Assembly (NCBI RefSeq): GCF_006345805.1
Contig: NC_043021.1
Location: forward strand, 16,616,001 to 16,680,000
Source of the DNA: Octopus sinensis
Taxonomy: Eukaryota
Direction of reading: 5' to 3'
Length of the DNA stretch: 64,000 nucleotides
Each line of letters begins with the position of its first letter. Position 1 is the stretch's first letter. A program made the position numbers and the translations under genes. Of this stretch, positions 25,330 to 39,269 are shown piece by piece. The notes beneath the pieces are model-generated. The model saw only the letters and a list, made by a program, of their open reading frames with translations. It had not been told where the DNA came from and ran no database searches.

Positions 25330-26763
25330 TCAGAAATGAAGTACAGTTTTATTTGGGAACACATTTACACACACACACACATATATATATACACACACAC
25401 AGAGAAAAGCATTGCCATCAAAAAAGTATAAACATATAAAGGAAATGAAGTCAGGAATTTGAGGGGGAGAAGTCCCTCAAGGTTATTATTTTATAGCTAG
25501 TTTATGAATAAAACCAGAACCTTTACTAATGGGGTGACTCAATACTGGTAGTAAAACTAAATTTATTAAGCTGCAGTCAACTCTCATTTCCTCCCTTAAC
25601 ATATGTCTGTGTTTGTGCATAATCATTGTTTTAATGCTTGTTTTCCCATGATTTTGTTGAGGAAACTTTTCTTCTGTTATATGTTCTTCCTCTTGCCAAC
25701 CCTAACTTGTTTTTCATGTAAGGTGGGTTTTTTTCTTCCATTCTACTGCCCCCTCACACATTGAAATTACAGGACCTTTATTGAGAAATGTAAACAATGT
25801 CAATCATTTTTTGCTGAAGCTATAGTAATGAAGACACAGATAATATTCACATGCATACATCCATCCATTTGTCCCACTGTCACACTCTGACCTTTCATCA
25901 TCAGATACAGGATCACCTCCTCCAATGCCCCCTCTCCTCTCAAAGGTTCTTTGTCTTGCAAGTTACTCGGTGACCCTGCCAGTGCTGGTGCCATGCAAAA
26001 AGCATTCAGTCCACACTGTGAAGTGGTTGGCATTTGGAAAGGCAGTCAGCTGTAAAAGCCATGCCAAAGCTGATCTTGCCTATGCTGGTGCCATGAGAAA
26101 GCACTCAGTCCACTTTGCAGGGTGGTTGGTGTTAGGAAGGACAACCAACAGTAAAAACTATGCCAAAACAGACACAGGAGCATGGTGCAGGCTCCTGCCA
26201 AACTGTCCAACCCATGCCAGCTTGTAAGGCAGATGTTAAATAATGATGATGGTAATTTGAATTAACCCCTTATTTAAACATAAAGATTAAGGGCTCTGGT
26301 GAAAGCAAAGAATGACCATTTTGAATTGTAAATATATAGAGAATATTGTCAATAAATATAACAACAAATCTGTAAACTTCCATTAATCAAACCTAAAAAT
26401 GTTTCTTTTATGGTAAAATGAATAAGGAGTGACTATATATGCTGCACCCAGTGTGTGTCTGTAGGCATGTGACGTAGTCACAGTCATGAGTGCAATACAC
26501 CTAACCATTAGGTTACATTCCTTCACACACACACAGAGACTGCCAGCACATTGTTTTCTTGAGCAAAACACTTCATTCTACATTGTCCCAGTTCACTCAG
26601 CCATAAGTGGGTGGACCTTGTAATGGACTAGTCTTTCGATCAGGGGGGATGTTGGCCTGCTTGCCTAGCCAGCAGGGTGGCATCATTTATAAGCTAAAAT
26701 GATGCAAAGCGCATTGTGACCAGCAATGTATAACAACATCTGATAGTCTGGTTGATCATGTGA

Positions 26764-26796
<33 letters not shown>

Positions 26797-28085
26797 GATG
26801 TGAGTGCATGTTGCAGTCTGACTTGTCTAGCCCTTTCAAGCAGTCCAACCCATGCCAACATGGAATCCATTTGTTAAATGAGGATTATATATAGCAGTGG
26901 TTTTTCAGTTTTCATTTACCAAATTCATTTACAAAGCATTGGTCAGCTGTCATAGAAGATACTTTCTGGCCATGTTACTCGGTGGTACTGAGCCCAAAGC
27001 TATGTATTTGTGAAGTGAACTTCATTGTCACACAGACATGCTTTCATTTATTACGCGCATACATGTATACACATCTTTTTACACTAAGCCTGCAATGTAA
27101 ACAGGCATTGTAATTATGTTATTGTTTCTTTTTCTCTTACTTCTCGTATTACTTTTCTCTCTCTTTCATAGAAGGTATTACCTGAAACATTAAATGCTCT
27201 TCTATTCGTTTCATTGGCATATTTATATTCACCATACACATTCTTCGATTTTTGTTTTGTTTCATATTTCTGTACTTTTTCTACCACGTTTTATTCATCT
27301 AACTTCACATATTATTTGTCTCCTTACTTCAAATTGCCCTTCTTTTACTTGTGTTTTTCATTTACTTATGTGTGTGTATGAATATATATATATAAATGTA
27401 TATCTTCACATGTAAAAACCCCCCAGCACACCCTATAAAGTGGTCGGTGTTAGAAAGGGCATCCAGTTGTAGAAGCCATACCAAATCAGACTGGAGTTTG
27501 GTGCAGCTCTCCAGTTTGCTAGCTCTGGTTAAACTGGCCAACTCATGCAAGCATGGACAATGGGTGTTAAATGATGATGATATTCCAAACTATTTTTTGG
27601 CCATGTAACAACACGTGCTTTTCTCTGGACTATCTGCTCCCTCCTTTTCCTCCTTTCAGGACGTTTTCCTCTTTCTGACAGAGAGCCATGCTCAAAACAT
27701 TATTTCCACTGTTGTTTTTTCCTGTTCTTTATCTTTAATTTCCTTATATATACTTGTATATAATAAAATCTCCTGTCATTAGATGGCATATGAGAGTTTG
27801 ACAGTTTCTTACCAAACAACCACACATGATTTGTTTATAGCGATCAAATGTTTGTGTAGACATAAGCTCCCTCCCTCCATCAAATTGACATTACCTGTAG
27901 AGGTACAACTGGATGCCACATGTCACATGTCGAAATGATCGCTGAGCAATGTGAAATGAAGTGCTTTGCTCAAGAACACAATGCCTGCTCTGGTAATCAA
28001 ACCCACAATCTTGCAATCATGAGTGCAACACCCTAACTACTAAGCCATACACCTTTGCATATATATATATATATATATATATATA

Positions 28086-28426
28086 CAGTTGTGGCCAAAA
28101 TGTTCAGAACGGCATTGTTTTCATCAGAAAAGTAAGTATAAGTTTTTATCAAAGTTGTTTTATATTCTATAATTTTCACAGACAATAAATATGATATTAC
28201 TTGTTATTGTCTGCGATTTTGGTGTTTTGCGCCATGGGTTTTGCAGTAAATCACTAAATCATCCATAACTTTTGTATTATCCTCTCAAATTACACCAAAA
28301 TCTCAAACAATAACAAATAATATTTATTGTCTGTGAAAATTATAGAATATAAAACAACTTTGATAAAAACTTATACTTACTTTCCTGGTGAAAACAATGC
28401 CGTTCTGAACATTTTGGCCGCAACTG
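28086..28426. mobile_element. Tc1/mariner-type MITE
   Basis: TIRs of >100 bp beginning CAGTTGTGGCCAAAATGTTCAGAACGGC, with TA on both flanks. Confidence 0.85.
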
Positions 28427-28755
28427 TATATAGTATAAATTATGTGTACAAATTTTCTTAATCCAGTCTGCTTTCGGTTAGTTGTTAGTTAGCTACTGTA
28501 CTGAATGGTATTATTATGGTTATCTTTAACGTGATACAATAAAGTGTTCCCTGAGGATCTGCTGTGGTTGAGCATCTATATGCACTTAGAGCATCTATTG
28601 CAGGGCTCCAAACAACCATGATGGTAAAACATATATAGGAACCTTTATATAAAACCAGTGTTTGTCCTTATTTTTCCTATGTATATATGTGTGTGTGTGT
28701 GTAAATATCATCATCATAATTTATAACTGTTTTCCATGCTGGTATGGGTTGGACA

Positions 28756-28799
<44 letters not shown>

Positions 28800-28864
28800 A
28801 TTTTTTTCGTAATGAGATAAAAAAACCAAGGCTGTGTAGATTTTAGAACATTTATAGATAGATG

Positions 28865-28912
28865 GTCTTACAGCTGTTTCCAGGATATTTATTATATCCC
28901 TTCATTGGAGAC
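28865..28912 (-). ncRNA. Degenerate hammerhead motif
   Basis: Minus strand: GTCT CCAATGA A GGGATAT AATAA ATATCCT G GAAAC AGCT GTA AGAC. The core is mutated and the stems are retained. Confidence 0.4.
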
Positions 28913-29263
28913 GGTGTAAGAGGATGGTTAAGTAATAGTTAATGTAGATAAGATACAAAATAGCGAGTGAGGTGGAGCAGAGAAAATAGATGTGAGATGT
29001 GTAGGGATATTGTATTTGTAGATCCATTTTTTGTAGGCAGAATGGTATACATATAAGATTCCAGAGGGGTTATCAGTCTGGACAAAATACTCCGTAAGCT
29101 CTCTGTTGGTACAACAGGCTAACAATAATGTTTCGATTATTGAAGAACTCCAGCTATTCTTATGGCAGGGCCAAGTTTATGGTTCATCGTGATTCTATAT
29201 TGTAAATCCGTGGTTGGGCTCCAGACAAACTGGTTTTTACACAGAGTGATATATGAAACAAGT

Positions 29264-29509
29264 TATAAATAATGGTCATGACATATTTTTCCTTTATCAA
29301 AATAAATTTGGCTTACAGTTGTTTCCAGTAGTCATTATAAGCATGTTACTTATAGGTTTACTCACTTGGTCTATTGGTCAATTGAGGTCATTCAATTTTT
29401 CTCGGCTGGTCAATAGACAAATTGAGTGAACCCATGAGTAATGTACCTATAATGATTACTGGTAACAGCTGTGAGCCAAAAGGAAAATATGTAATGTCCA
29501 TTATTTATA
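29264..29509. mobile_element. Diverged fold-back element with hammerhead half-motifs
   Basis: Arms TATAAATAATGG...CTTACAGTTGTTTCC...TCTATTG and CAATAGA...GGTAACAGCTGTGAG...CCATTATTTATA. Confidence 0.55.
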
Positions 29510-32500
29510 CCTTGTCGCCATGATAGATCGTTAGCTCCTACATGCATTTTTTTCTCTCCTTGTTTTTTTCTGTGTATCTTTCTGTCGAAGAGTGTAGGCT
29601 CGAAATGTAAAAGACTTTTTCTATTTCTATTCCTGAGCGCTATACTAATACATTTGTTTGTTTGTACTCCACCTGCCTTCGTCTTTTGTTTATTTTCATA
29701 AAGCTTCCCGTTATATATATATATACACACACGTATATTAAGGCTTAGTAGGCATGTCTGTGTGGTTTAAGAAGTTCACTTTGCAGCCATGTTGTTTCGC
29801 ATCCTATTCCACTGTGTGAAACCTCAGGCCTGTGTCATCAGCTACAGCCCTAGGCCAACCAATGCATTGTTATTGAATTTGGTAGATACTGTACAAATCC
29901 CATGGTATGTGTAGACAGATATGTCTATATATATGTGTGTGTGTATATATATAAATGTATGTATATAGATGAATAGATAGATACATACACATGTATGTAT
30001 ATATTAGTATGCATGTTTATGTGTGTGTATGGGCTTGTGTGTCTGTGTTTGTCCCCCCACCATCACTTGACAACTGATGTTGGTGTGTTTATATGACTGT
30101 AACTTAGCAGTTCAGCAAAAGAGTCCAGTAGAATAAGTATTAGGCTTATAAAGAATAAGTTCCGGGGTTGATTTGCTCGACTAAAGGCAGTACTCCAGCA
30201 TGGCCGCAATCAAATGACTGAAACAAGTGAAAGAATAAAGAGAATATACACATACTAATACATAGAACAGACCCCCTATGATTTCCATTAACCAATCCTA
30301 CGCAGTGGCAATGAACTTGAGACCATGTGGTTGCAATGTAAACCTCTTACTCATATGACCATACCTGTGCCAGCTATATCACTGTCATCATCATCATCTG
30401 CTATTCATGCTAGCATGGGTTGGATGGTTTGACATGGGGCTGGTTAGCAGAGCACTGTCCAGACTCCAATTGTCTGTTATGGCATAGTTTCTTATAACTG
30501 GATGCCCTTCCTAATGCCAACCACTCATCAGAATGTGCTGGGTGCTTTTAATGTGCCACTGGCATGGGTGTGTTTATGCTGCACCAGCACAGGCCCTTTT
30601 TATGTCGCACCGGCACCTAAAAGGATAAGCCTGTGTGTGTATGGAAGACAGTGATTTTACTTAGCTTGACATGTCTCAAGTTCAGAAAATCATCACATCT
30701 CCTGGTCCCTTGTCATTTCCTCAATGAGGCCCAGCGTCCGAAGATCCTTTCTCACCACTTTCTCTCATGTCTTCCTTTAGTGCTTATTGTCACTACACAT
30801 TTGCCACACACAAAGACTATATAATCTCCTTTAACCTCCCTGTGATACTGCTACACTTCTTGTGTGTCCAAAGCTTGCACTACAATAATCCCTCGACTAT
30901 CAGGGGTGTTACATTCCAAAAACCCCCGCGAAGTAGAAACAGTACTGTATATTTTTTCTATTATTTGTATAATTTATATATATTTTGTTGTGTCTGGGGA
31001 GAGTCATTCTCCTTTTGTGCCTTATAATTTAAAACACTCACTGGTAAAATTTCCACTTATTTCTTATTTTTATTTTCCTAAAAATTTTGTTGCGTCTTGC
31101 AACCTTTTCAGTAAGTGGAAATTTTCCTGGTGAGTATGTTAAGGCACAAAAAGAAATGTCTCTCCCCAGACACAACAGAATATGCTTCAAAACACAAACT
31201 CACATAAAGAATCTTGCAAACCAAATCCAAAAACGAAATATTATCTATATTTATTTTATTATAAATGTAAAACAACACCACAGAAGAATCAACATAAGCT
31301 TAAATAATAAACTGCGATATGGTGAGGGATTACTGTATACGTATGTGTGTGTGTGTATCTCCTTATCTTGACATTATGTGTTGTAAACGAGTGTCACTGT
31401 TATAGATGCAGTGTCATTTATTTGCAGTATTCTGCAAAAAATATGTCTGGCTGTGGGGAAGTATTACTCTTGCTTGGAAACAGGTGAAGGTTGGCAACAG
31501 TAAAAGCATCCAACTGTAGAACATCCACCACACTAAACTCTGTCCAACCCATGCAAATATAAGAAAATGGCCATTAAAACGATGGGGATGATGATGATGA
31601 TGATGATTATGACGATGATGGTGGTGGTAATAATGATGATTTGTGTAAATAAGGAACATCTTAGGAACTTATAAAATAAGAGTTAAATTTTTCCCTTTTT
31701 AAGGATTTTTTTTTTTCGTATTCATCCTTTATGTTCAATTTGCAACAATGGCATTTCCCAAACCCATTAACATTTCAAGACCTTTACAATCCCGATTATC
31801 AGAATAGAGAGACAGTAACACTGGCTTGTTGATCTCACACTTTGCAGTAAGACCACAAAGGATTATAGGAACACTGTTATAATAATTTAGAAAATGGTGG
31901 ATTTAAAAATTATGCAATATTATGTCCTAGTGGATTTCATGGTTTGTTGTACTTGTGTTGGGTTTTGGTTTGTATTTTGCTTCTAGTAATGTTTCCATAG
32001 TTATTCAATTACTTGTGTATTTTTTTTTGGTATAATTTGTAATTATATATAAAAATGCAGTGATGTCAGCTTGTATTATTCTATCTCCGGTATTATTTTG
32101 TGTTTTGTATTATACCTTGTGTGTGTGTGTGTGCATACATATATAAATGTATTTATAAATATGTGTATATGTATCTGTGTAGATCAGCACCAGAAAGTGA
32201 GGGCAATGAATGGTGAGAGTGAATTATAAAAGGAGAAAGGGGGAACATAGAGTGTGTAGTGATAGAATTTACGAGGCCTGTGTAGATCTGATGTGTTCCC
32301 TTTTGGATTTACCTCAAGATGAAAGAGCTAAGGGCGAGCAGGTTGAAGATAAACCCAATCACATCCCTAGTTACACTGGAAGCAAAATATGGTGGACTAG
32401 AGGGAGCCACTGATATGCTTTGTCATGCTGACAGTGTTGTACTGTGAGGGTAAAAAGGGGAGAATGATTGTGAGATGAATTTGTTGGGGCATGGGTGATA

Positions 32501-32581
32501 GGGAGACAAGTGATCAGTGTATTAAAGGGATAAAGAGAGTGTTGAAGAGGCGGCAGCAGCTGTAAACTTGACATGTATGTG

Positions 32582-32625
<44 letters not shown>

Positions 32626-32652
32626 TGTCTCAAGAGTAACAAAGGGTACTGA

Positions 32653-32776
32653 CTAGCACCACTATTGCTAGAAAGAAGAGTTAAACAACTCGAAAGCCAC
32701 TTCCCCTTGTCAGTCATTAAGATAGTGCTTTGTGGCTTTTTGAGTTAACTCTTCTTTCTAGCAATAGTGGTGCTAG
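32653..32776. repeat. Inverted repeat with perfect 32-bp arms; right arm hit by a SINE C insertion
   Basis: CTAGCACCACTATTGCTAGAAAGAAGAGTTAA / TTAACTCTTCTTTCTAGCAATAGTGGTGCTAG. Confidence 0.8.
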
Positions 32777-33104
32777 CATGAAGGTGCATGGCTTAGTGGT
32801 TAGGGCATTCGGCTCACGATCGTAAGGTCGTGAGTTCAATTCCCAGCGATGCGTTGTGTCCTTGAGCAAGATCTCATTATTTCATGTTGCTCCAGTCCAC
32901 TCAGCTGGCAAAAATGAGTGGTACCTGTATTTCAAAGGGGCCAGCCTTGTCACACTCTGTGTCACACTGAATCTCCCTGAGAACTACATTAAGAGTTCAC
33001 ATGTCTGTGGGGTGCTCAATCACTTGCATATTAATTTCATGAGCAAGCTGTTCCGTTGATCAGATCAGCTGGGACCCTCGTCATAACCGAAAAAGTACTC
33101 CTCT
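32775..33104 (+). mobile_element. SINE family C with a 10-bp TSD
   Basis: A box TGGCTTAGTGG and B box GAGTTCAATTCCC. TSD TAGTGGTGCT at 32765-32774 and 33105-33114. Confidence 0.8.
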
Positions 33105-33186
33105 TAGTGGTGCTGTCACTTATGTGACCTCTATCAATTTTGCCTTTAGGTTCAAATTACTAATAAGCCACCCATTTAATTTGTTA

Positions 33187-33368
33187 TATAATTTAAAGAA
33201 GAGGAACACAATTAATCAAGGCAGGACAAGCTTATCAGTTCGTTTAAATTAGTTTAATGCTGAAACGATGTAAATAAAAATATTTTTACTGTCACTTACT
33301 TCGCTTCGGCATTAAATGAACTGATAAGCTTGGCCTGCCTTGATTGTGTTCCTCTTCTTTAAATTATA
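33187..33368. repeat. Inverted repeat with ~55-bp arms
   Basis: TATAATTTAAAGAAGAGGAACACA..CAAGGCAGG..AAGCTTATCAGTTC and its reverse complement. Confidence 0.75.
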
Positions 33369-34152
33369 CCTACTGACTCGAAGGTAGGTTCTCTCCCAAC
33401 TGGACAGTGGCTAGCATAACTCCAGCCCCTGTCTGATCTTGAATCCTAGTAGCTTATCAATTAGAGCACTCAGACCACATAACTATTAGTTTAGGTTACC
33501 AGTGACCTAAACACTTCATCTTCTGCATTTATATATATATATATATATACATACACAAGAGTAAACAAGAGAGACAGAGAAAGGCAGAAACAAGGAAAAT
33601 GCCACTTATATTTGAACACTATACAAATATTCTTTTAAAAAAACGTTTCTTTTAATTTTTCTAAATTTAATTATATAATTGTTACAGTTGAAAAGGTCTC
33701 AATGACTGAAATGTTCTTTATAAAATTATTTTAGCATTTTCTATCCTGACTTGTTTTTTCATATATATCAACTCGTGTGTTTCTTTTCATCCTTATACAT
33801 ACATACATATATATGTTAATATCAAACAGTGCGAATGAGTGCTCTACACTGCATTGTTGGATAAATGTTCTTTATCTAACCAAGGCTACCACTGGTTTCA
33901 TGCCAACATAAATCTCTCAACAATTATCAAGCCAGCCACATGGAATGTTGGTGTTCACTGGATCCAGAATACAAGATGGAGATGAGTTCTGTTTCATGTG
34001 GCAGGCTTGGTAATTGTTGAAAGATTTGTCATGGCATAAAAAAATGGTAGTTTTGTTAACTCACAAATAAAGTATGTATGTATGTGTATGTATATATATG
34101 TTTATATTCATACACACACACACACACACGCACACACACATACATGTATATA

Positions 34153-34331
34153 CAGAGTGTCCATAAATTACCTTTACAGTTTGAAAAAAATGAAAGCTAA
34201 AGGACAACTCAACAGAGTTTATTGCAAAGCAATCTTTTATTAGAAACTTCCACGTGGGCTCTATTGGTTGCAACACATTTAAATGATACAATAAATTGTG
34301 CAAGTTGTACTGATAATTTATGAACGCCCTG
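34153..34331. mobile_element. Tc1/mariner-type MITE
   Basis: TA-CAGAGTGTCCATAAATTA ... TAATTTATGAACGCCCTG-TA. Confidence 0.65.
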
Positions 34332-34359
34332 TATATATACACCCACACACATATATCCA

Positions 34360-34640
34360 GTTCAGTTTCTTCTTTGCTCTCAGACACATTGGGCAGCAAG
34401 TTGACACCTGGTTTTCTCTGCATCCAGCCTTGTGGTGTTGGTCTCTCTCTTGTCAATTATGGATGTTCTGTATCATGTGGTTTTTTTTTGGTCTTCATCT
34501 TTTTCTTTTCCCCTCCAGTGGTGTCCATTTGAAAGCTATTTAGAATTGCATTAATCTGGTCGCTGGAATAAGTCTCCTGTTAGTTTTGATTCTTTGTTCT
34601 GCGATGATTTTGCTAAGTGGTCTTGTGTCAACTCTCTTTA
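34360..34640 (-). mobile_element. Decayed RTE-clade LINE 3' end
   Basis: Minus-strand WTPLEGKRKR*RPKKTT*YRT matches the RTE WTPxGKRxRGRPxxTWxR motif. Confidence 0.55.
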
Positions 34641-35003
34641 CACACTCACACACAGACCATTTTTAAAGCTATTTCTATAGGTTTTCTATAGCATTGACTT
34701 ATAAACCTTTGATATACTTGGTAATATATATCAGTAATGAAATACTGTGTTCCCACCAGTAATTAATTCATACACATATATATATATATATTTTTATTGA
34801 AATGGATAAATGAATTATCTTGTTACGGATTATTCAAAATTTAACCGATACCTGGGTAGCAAAAATCACAACAGAAAAAACACGGTTGAGGTTACGACCA
34901 TGGGGTGTCGCAACCGTGCCTTAGCACGGATAATTGAAGTTTTATATATTTAATGAAGGGAAGAAATGGAGCTGAACGAAGATTCTACAAAATTCCTTTT
35001 ATT

Positions 35004-35089
35004 ATTTTCTACACATGTTTCAAAGGCTGCAAATTTCCAAATTCGGAATGAATAAGGAGACTATTTTGCAGCTTTCTCTTCAGGAAAAT
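35004..35089 (-). ncRNA. Type-I hammerhead with intact core
   Basis: Minus strand: ATTTTC CTGAAGA G AAAGCTGCAAA...TTTGCAGCCTTT GAAAC ATGT GTA GAAAAT, giving a 6-bp stem I. Confidence 0.7.
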
Positions 35090-35581
35090 CCAGGAATTTA
35101 AATCTCCAAAACAAATGCGCAGCAAGCTATTCGAACAAAACGCTCCCTAGGAGCCCATGGAATGGCACAAAACTGTCTCTCAATGTGCGTTGACGTCAGG
35201 GTGTGTGAAGGCCGACGAAAATGTCCGTTGGAATAAATCGAGGTCAAACTGCGGTTAAATCTGGTAGGGGAAGAATTACTGAAAACCAAAGGGTGTGAAT
35301 ATATTCTGTATAACTAATGTTAATGTTCGGATTGTTTTAAGAATGAAAGCTATCTTATTTAGGTGTGAGAACCTACCTACATGTATGTGTGTGTGCGCCT
35401 GTGTATGTGTGGCAGTATGTTAGGAAGCAGCTAGAGGGAAAGTATATTGCTGATATTGTTGGTCACGCGGCTGATAAAAGCCTGTGTCTGTGTGTTCGTC
35501 TGTGGCCAGTTTGTATACAGATGACTTGTCAAAACAAGGGGAGTATAATCCCTGATATTGTTTCTAAATAAGTAGCAGATC

Positions 35582-35612
<31 letters not shown>

Positions 35613-36406
35613 GTTTTAACAGCTATTTCACCATGTATACAGGGTCAGGCAGGTCACAAATTAGTGTGACCCCTTGTCATCTCTTCCACTGGATGCAGCA
35701 ACTGATCAGTTTCATTGCTTCATCCCAAGTCTCCTCTTCCACACACACACACTTTCTCATTTTCTCCCCTCCACACATACATACACAGGTGCAGGTGTGA
35801 CTGTGTGGTTGACAGTTTGCTTCGCAGCCACATGGTTTCATGTTTGGTCTCACTACATGGTGTCATAGGTTGGTGTCTTCAGCTATAACCTTGGGCTGCC
35901 CAAGGCCTTATGAATGGATTTGGTGGGCAGAAACTGAAAGATGTCCATCCTGTGTGTGTGCATGTATATTTACGTCTTCTTCTCTTAACATCCTATTATA
36001 GTTGTAAACGAGCATCACTGTCATATAAGCAGTGTCATTCATTTCCGGTATTCAATGAAAACATATCCGGTCATGGGGGGAAATATTAAATTGCTTGAAA
36101 ACAGGTGAGGGTTAGTGATGGGAGCAGCATCTGGCTAAAGAAAATCTACCTCAGTAAATTCTAAATGACCTGTGCAAACATGGAAAAGTGGACATTAAAG
36201 CAATGAGATTCATGCTTCATCTTGTTGGATGAGAGTATGGATGTGTATATATATATATAAAATTATAATTTAGGGTATCTAAGAGATACCACAATGCCTG
36301 AAATAGTAGCCCAAAATTGACTCTAAAACCACATTAAAAGTTCATACAGCACCAGGAGAGAAGACAAAAAGACAAAAATAAACTAGCAAAAAAATTACTG
36401 GATAAT

Positions 36407-36442
36407 TCCAGATCCCGGATTTCTGACTTTGCCTCATCAGTG

Positions 36443-36444
<2 letters not shown>
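36407..36444 (-). ncRNA. Degenerate hammerhead motif
   Basis: Minus strand: TCCA CTGATGA GGC AAA GTC A GAAAT CCGG GATC TGGA. Confidence 0.4.
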
Positions 36445-36486
<42 letters not shown>

Positions 36487-36779
36487 CTCTGAGAATTGCT
36501 TCTTCATCATGTCAAATGACAGCTGTCTCATCATAAGACATCTGTACATCATTGTATTATAGTGACATATTCTTGTATGGCACATACACCTCTCTCTCAC
36601 TCTCACTCTCTAAATATCCGTAATTAAAATATTCTGTAACCAGCAAAAGTAAGATGACAGGAAACTATTTCAGCTGCTGCTTTTCTATCTGAAGGCCTTC
36701 TACACCTTTCCAGTTCAAGGGGTTGGGATTTAGTTTTCTTTCTTCAAATGGTTTTACTGCTTGTCCAGATAAAAACTCA

Positions 36780-36827
<48 letters not shown>

Positions 36828-37611
36828 GTGTGAATACATGCATTTACATTTATTTTTAAAAGGAAAATATTAAATATTGACAGTGTCTTTAAAGTTTTGC
36901 TGGTTGTTTGCTTCATCAGCCTGAAATGTTTTTAATTTTCCAAACCTTTTTTTAATATTTTTTAGTTCATCTTGTGGGTGGGGGTTTAGTGGTTGCAATG
37001 TAAGTGTAGTTCAAAAATTATATTTTTTTGACATGGATTTAATTAAGTTAATATATATGCTGATTAAATTGAAATTTAGATTATTTTCAAGAGATGTACA
37101 TAAGGAGAAAGAAAAAGAATAAAAAGAGAAAAAAATTCAGTAATAGGGAAAAGGGCAAAAAGGGACAGAAAAATTCTTGAGTGGTAGTTTAGTGGGTGTA
37201 TGAGTTTGCTCTGATAAATTCTTGCAAGTTGGGCTATATATGTTGGTATGTGTTTATATATACAATTATTTGGGTGTAATTTTAAATTTGATGATGTATA
37301 TATATATGTTTCTGTTTGTGGTGCATATATGTATATTTCTGTATGTATATTCACTTACATATCCTTGATAAGTGCTTCCATTTTTTTTATAGTGGATCTA
37401 TATACACAAGCATACATATGTTCTCATAGGAGTCTTTTGATATGTACCTTTATATATGCATATATAGTTGTATTTCTTTTTAAGTGTGTATATGTCAATA
37501 TATGTACCTGTGGCCAGCATCATGTATATTTGACCCACACACATTCATATGTATATATACATGTATCTATGTGTATATACACACAATCTTATATATGTGT
37601 ATATACATGTA

Positions 37612-37995
37612 TTTATCTTCGAGTTGCTTCAGTCATTAAACTGCGGTCATACTGGAGCACTGCCTTTAAGTTGAACAAATTGACCCCAGGACTTATTCTT
37701 TGTAAGTATTCTATCGGTCTCTTTTGCCGAACTGATAAGTTATGGGGATGTAAGCACACTAACATTCGTTGTCAAGCAATGGTGGGGGGGACAAATACAG
37801 ACACACAAATATATGCATACACACCCACATACATACATATATATATATGTATACGATTGGCTTCTTTCAGTTTCCATCTATCAAATCCACTCACAAGGCT
37901 TTGGTCAGCCCGATTCTATAGTAGAAGACATTTGCCCAAGGCTTTACGCAGTGGGGTTGAACCCAGAACCATGTGGTTGGTAAGCAAGCTACCTA
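37612..37995 (-). mobile_element. SINE family A, diverged
   Basis: Reverse-complement match to family A. Confidence 0.8.
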
Positions 37996-38334
37996 CCACA
38001 CAGCCACTCCTTCACCTATGTATATGTTCATTTGGTTTGTCATTTTTGTATGTCTTTTTTTTTTCTTCTTTTTCATATGTTAGTGCATGTATAGAGATGT
38101 GCTCAGTGGTTTATTATCCATCTGTCCTTATGTGCTTCATCTTTGATATAAGCCTGGACTTATGACCTTTAATTTAAATGTTTATGAAAAATTACTTCCC
38201 AAAAATGGTGAGGACTTATATAAACGAATTACATTAGACCTTGGAACACAATTAGTCATGTTTCTGCTTACTGATAACACAATTCCCAACTCATATTCTA
38301 ATCTTAACAAAGATTTTTACAGGTATTTGTTTAA

Positions 38335-38615
38335 CCCTTTAGCACTTAAACTAGCCGTATGCAGTCTAAATGTTCTACCTGTTTTATGTTCAAACTGGCC
38401 AAATCTGGCCTCTTAAACCAATTCTATCATAATCATTCTAAAAATAAACAGGCGCAGGAGTGGCTGTGTGGTAAGTAGCTTGCTAACCAGCCACATGGTT
38501 CCGGGTTCAGTTCCACTGCGTGGCATCTTGGGCAAGTGTCTTCTGCTATAGCCCCGGGCCGACCAATGCCTTGTGAGTGGATTTGGTAGACGGAAACTGA
38601 AAGAAGCCTGTCGTA

Positions 38616-38656
<41 letters not shown>

Positions 38657-39269
38657 CTATATGTTTGTGTGTCTGTGTTTGTCCCTCTAGCATTACATGA
38701 CAACCGATGCTGGTGTGTTTACGTCCCCGTCACTTAGCGGTTCGGCAAAAGAGACCGATAGAATAAATACTGGGCTTACAAAGAATAAGTCCTGGGGTCG
38801 ATTTGCTCGACTAAAGGCGGTGCTCCAGCATGGCCGCAGTCAAATGACTGAAACAAGTAAAAGGGAGAGAGAGTCACATTGTCAAAATCTCAGTTATGAA
38901 GTCATGCAAGATAAAGGTTTTTATGCCTAAACATGACTGTAAATGCTGTGAAATTTTTGGCAACACTTGGTATTTTTCGATGTTTGAAGTGGAGATTGAT
39001 TTGTTTTGGAATTACTGATATGGTTTCAGCAAGTAGCAATTCTAACTTGGAAGGATTTACACTTGAAGACTTAGAAAATGGAGAGAAAAAATTAACAGTG
39101 ACTTGTCTTCGGATAAATCAAATATAGATGTGTCTGAATTTTCATCTTTCGAGGAAGTGGATTTTGATAGTGAAAGTGATAAAGATCTTCAGGTTGCAAC
39201 ACAAATGGAACATTACAGTGACATGGTTGAATAATAAAACACCAATGCATATTCCTGATTTTATTGAAA
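38335..39269 (+). pseudogene. piggyBac-type end (split by SINE A) followed by a possible frameshifted transposase N-terminal remnant
   Basis: TTAA-CCCTTTAG at 38331. The acidic stretch SNSNLEGFTLEDLE / SDKSNIDVSEFSSFEEVDFDSESD and W..TPMHIPDFIE are split over frames and cut by the Helitron at 39270. Confidence 0.4.
38450..38865 (+). mobile_element. SINE family A
   Basis: Full length, inside the piggyBac-type end. Confidence 0.9.

Noticed and set aside
37248-38165. 305-aa ORF
   Set aside because: It runs through TA/TG low-complexity sequence and an antisense SINE A.
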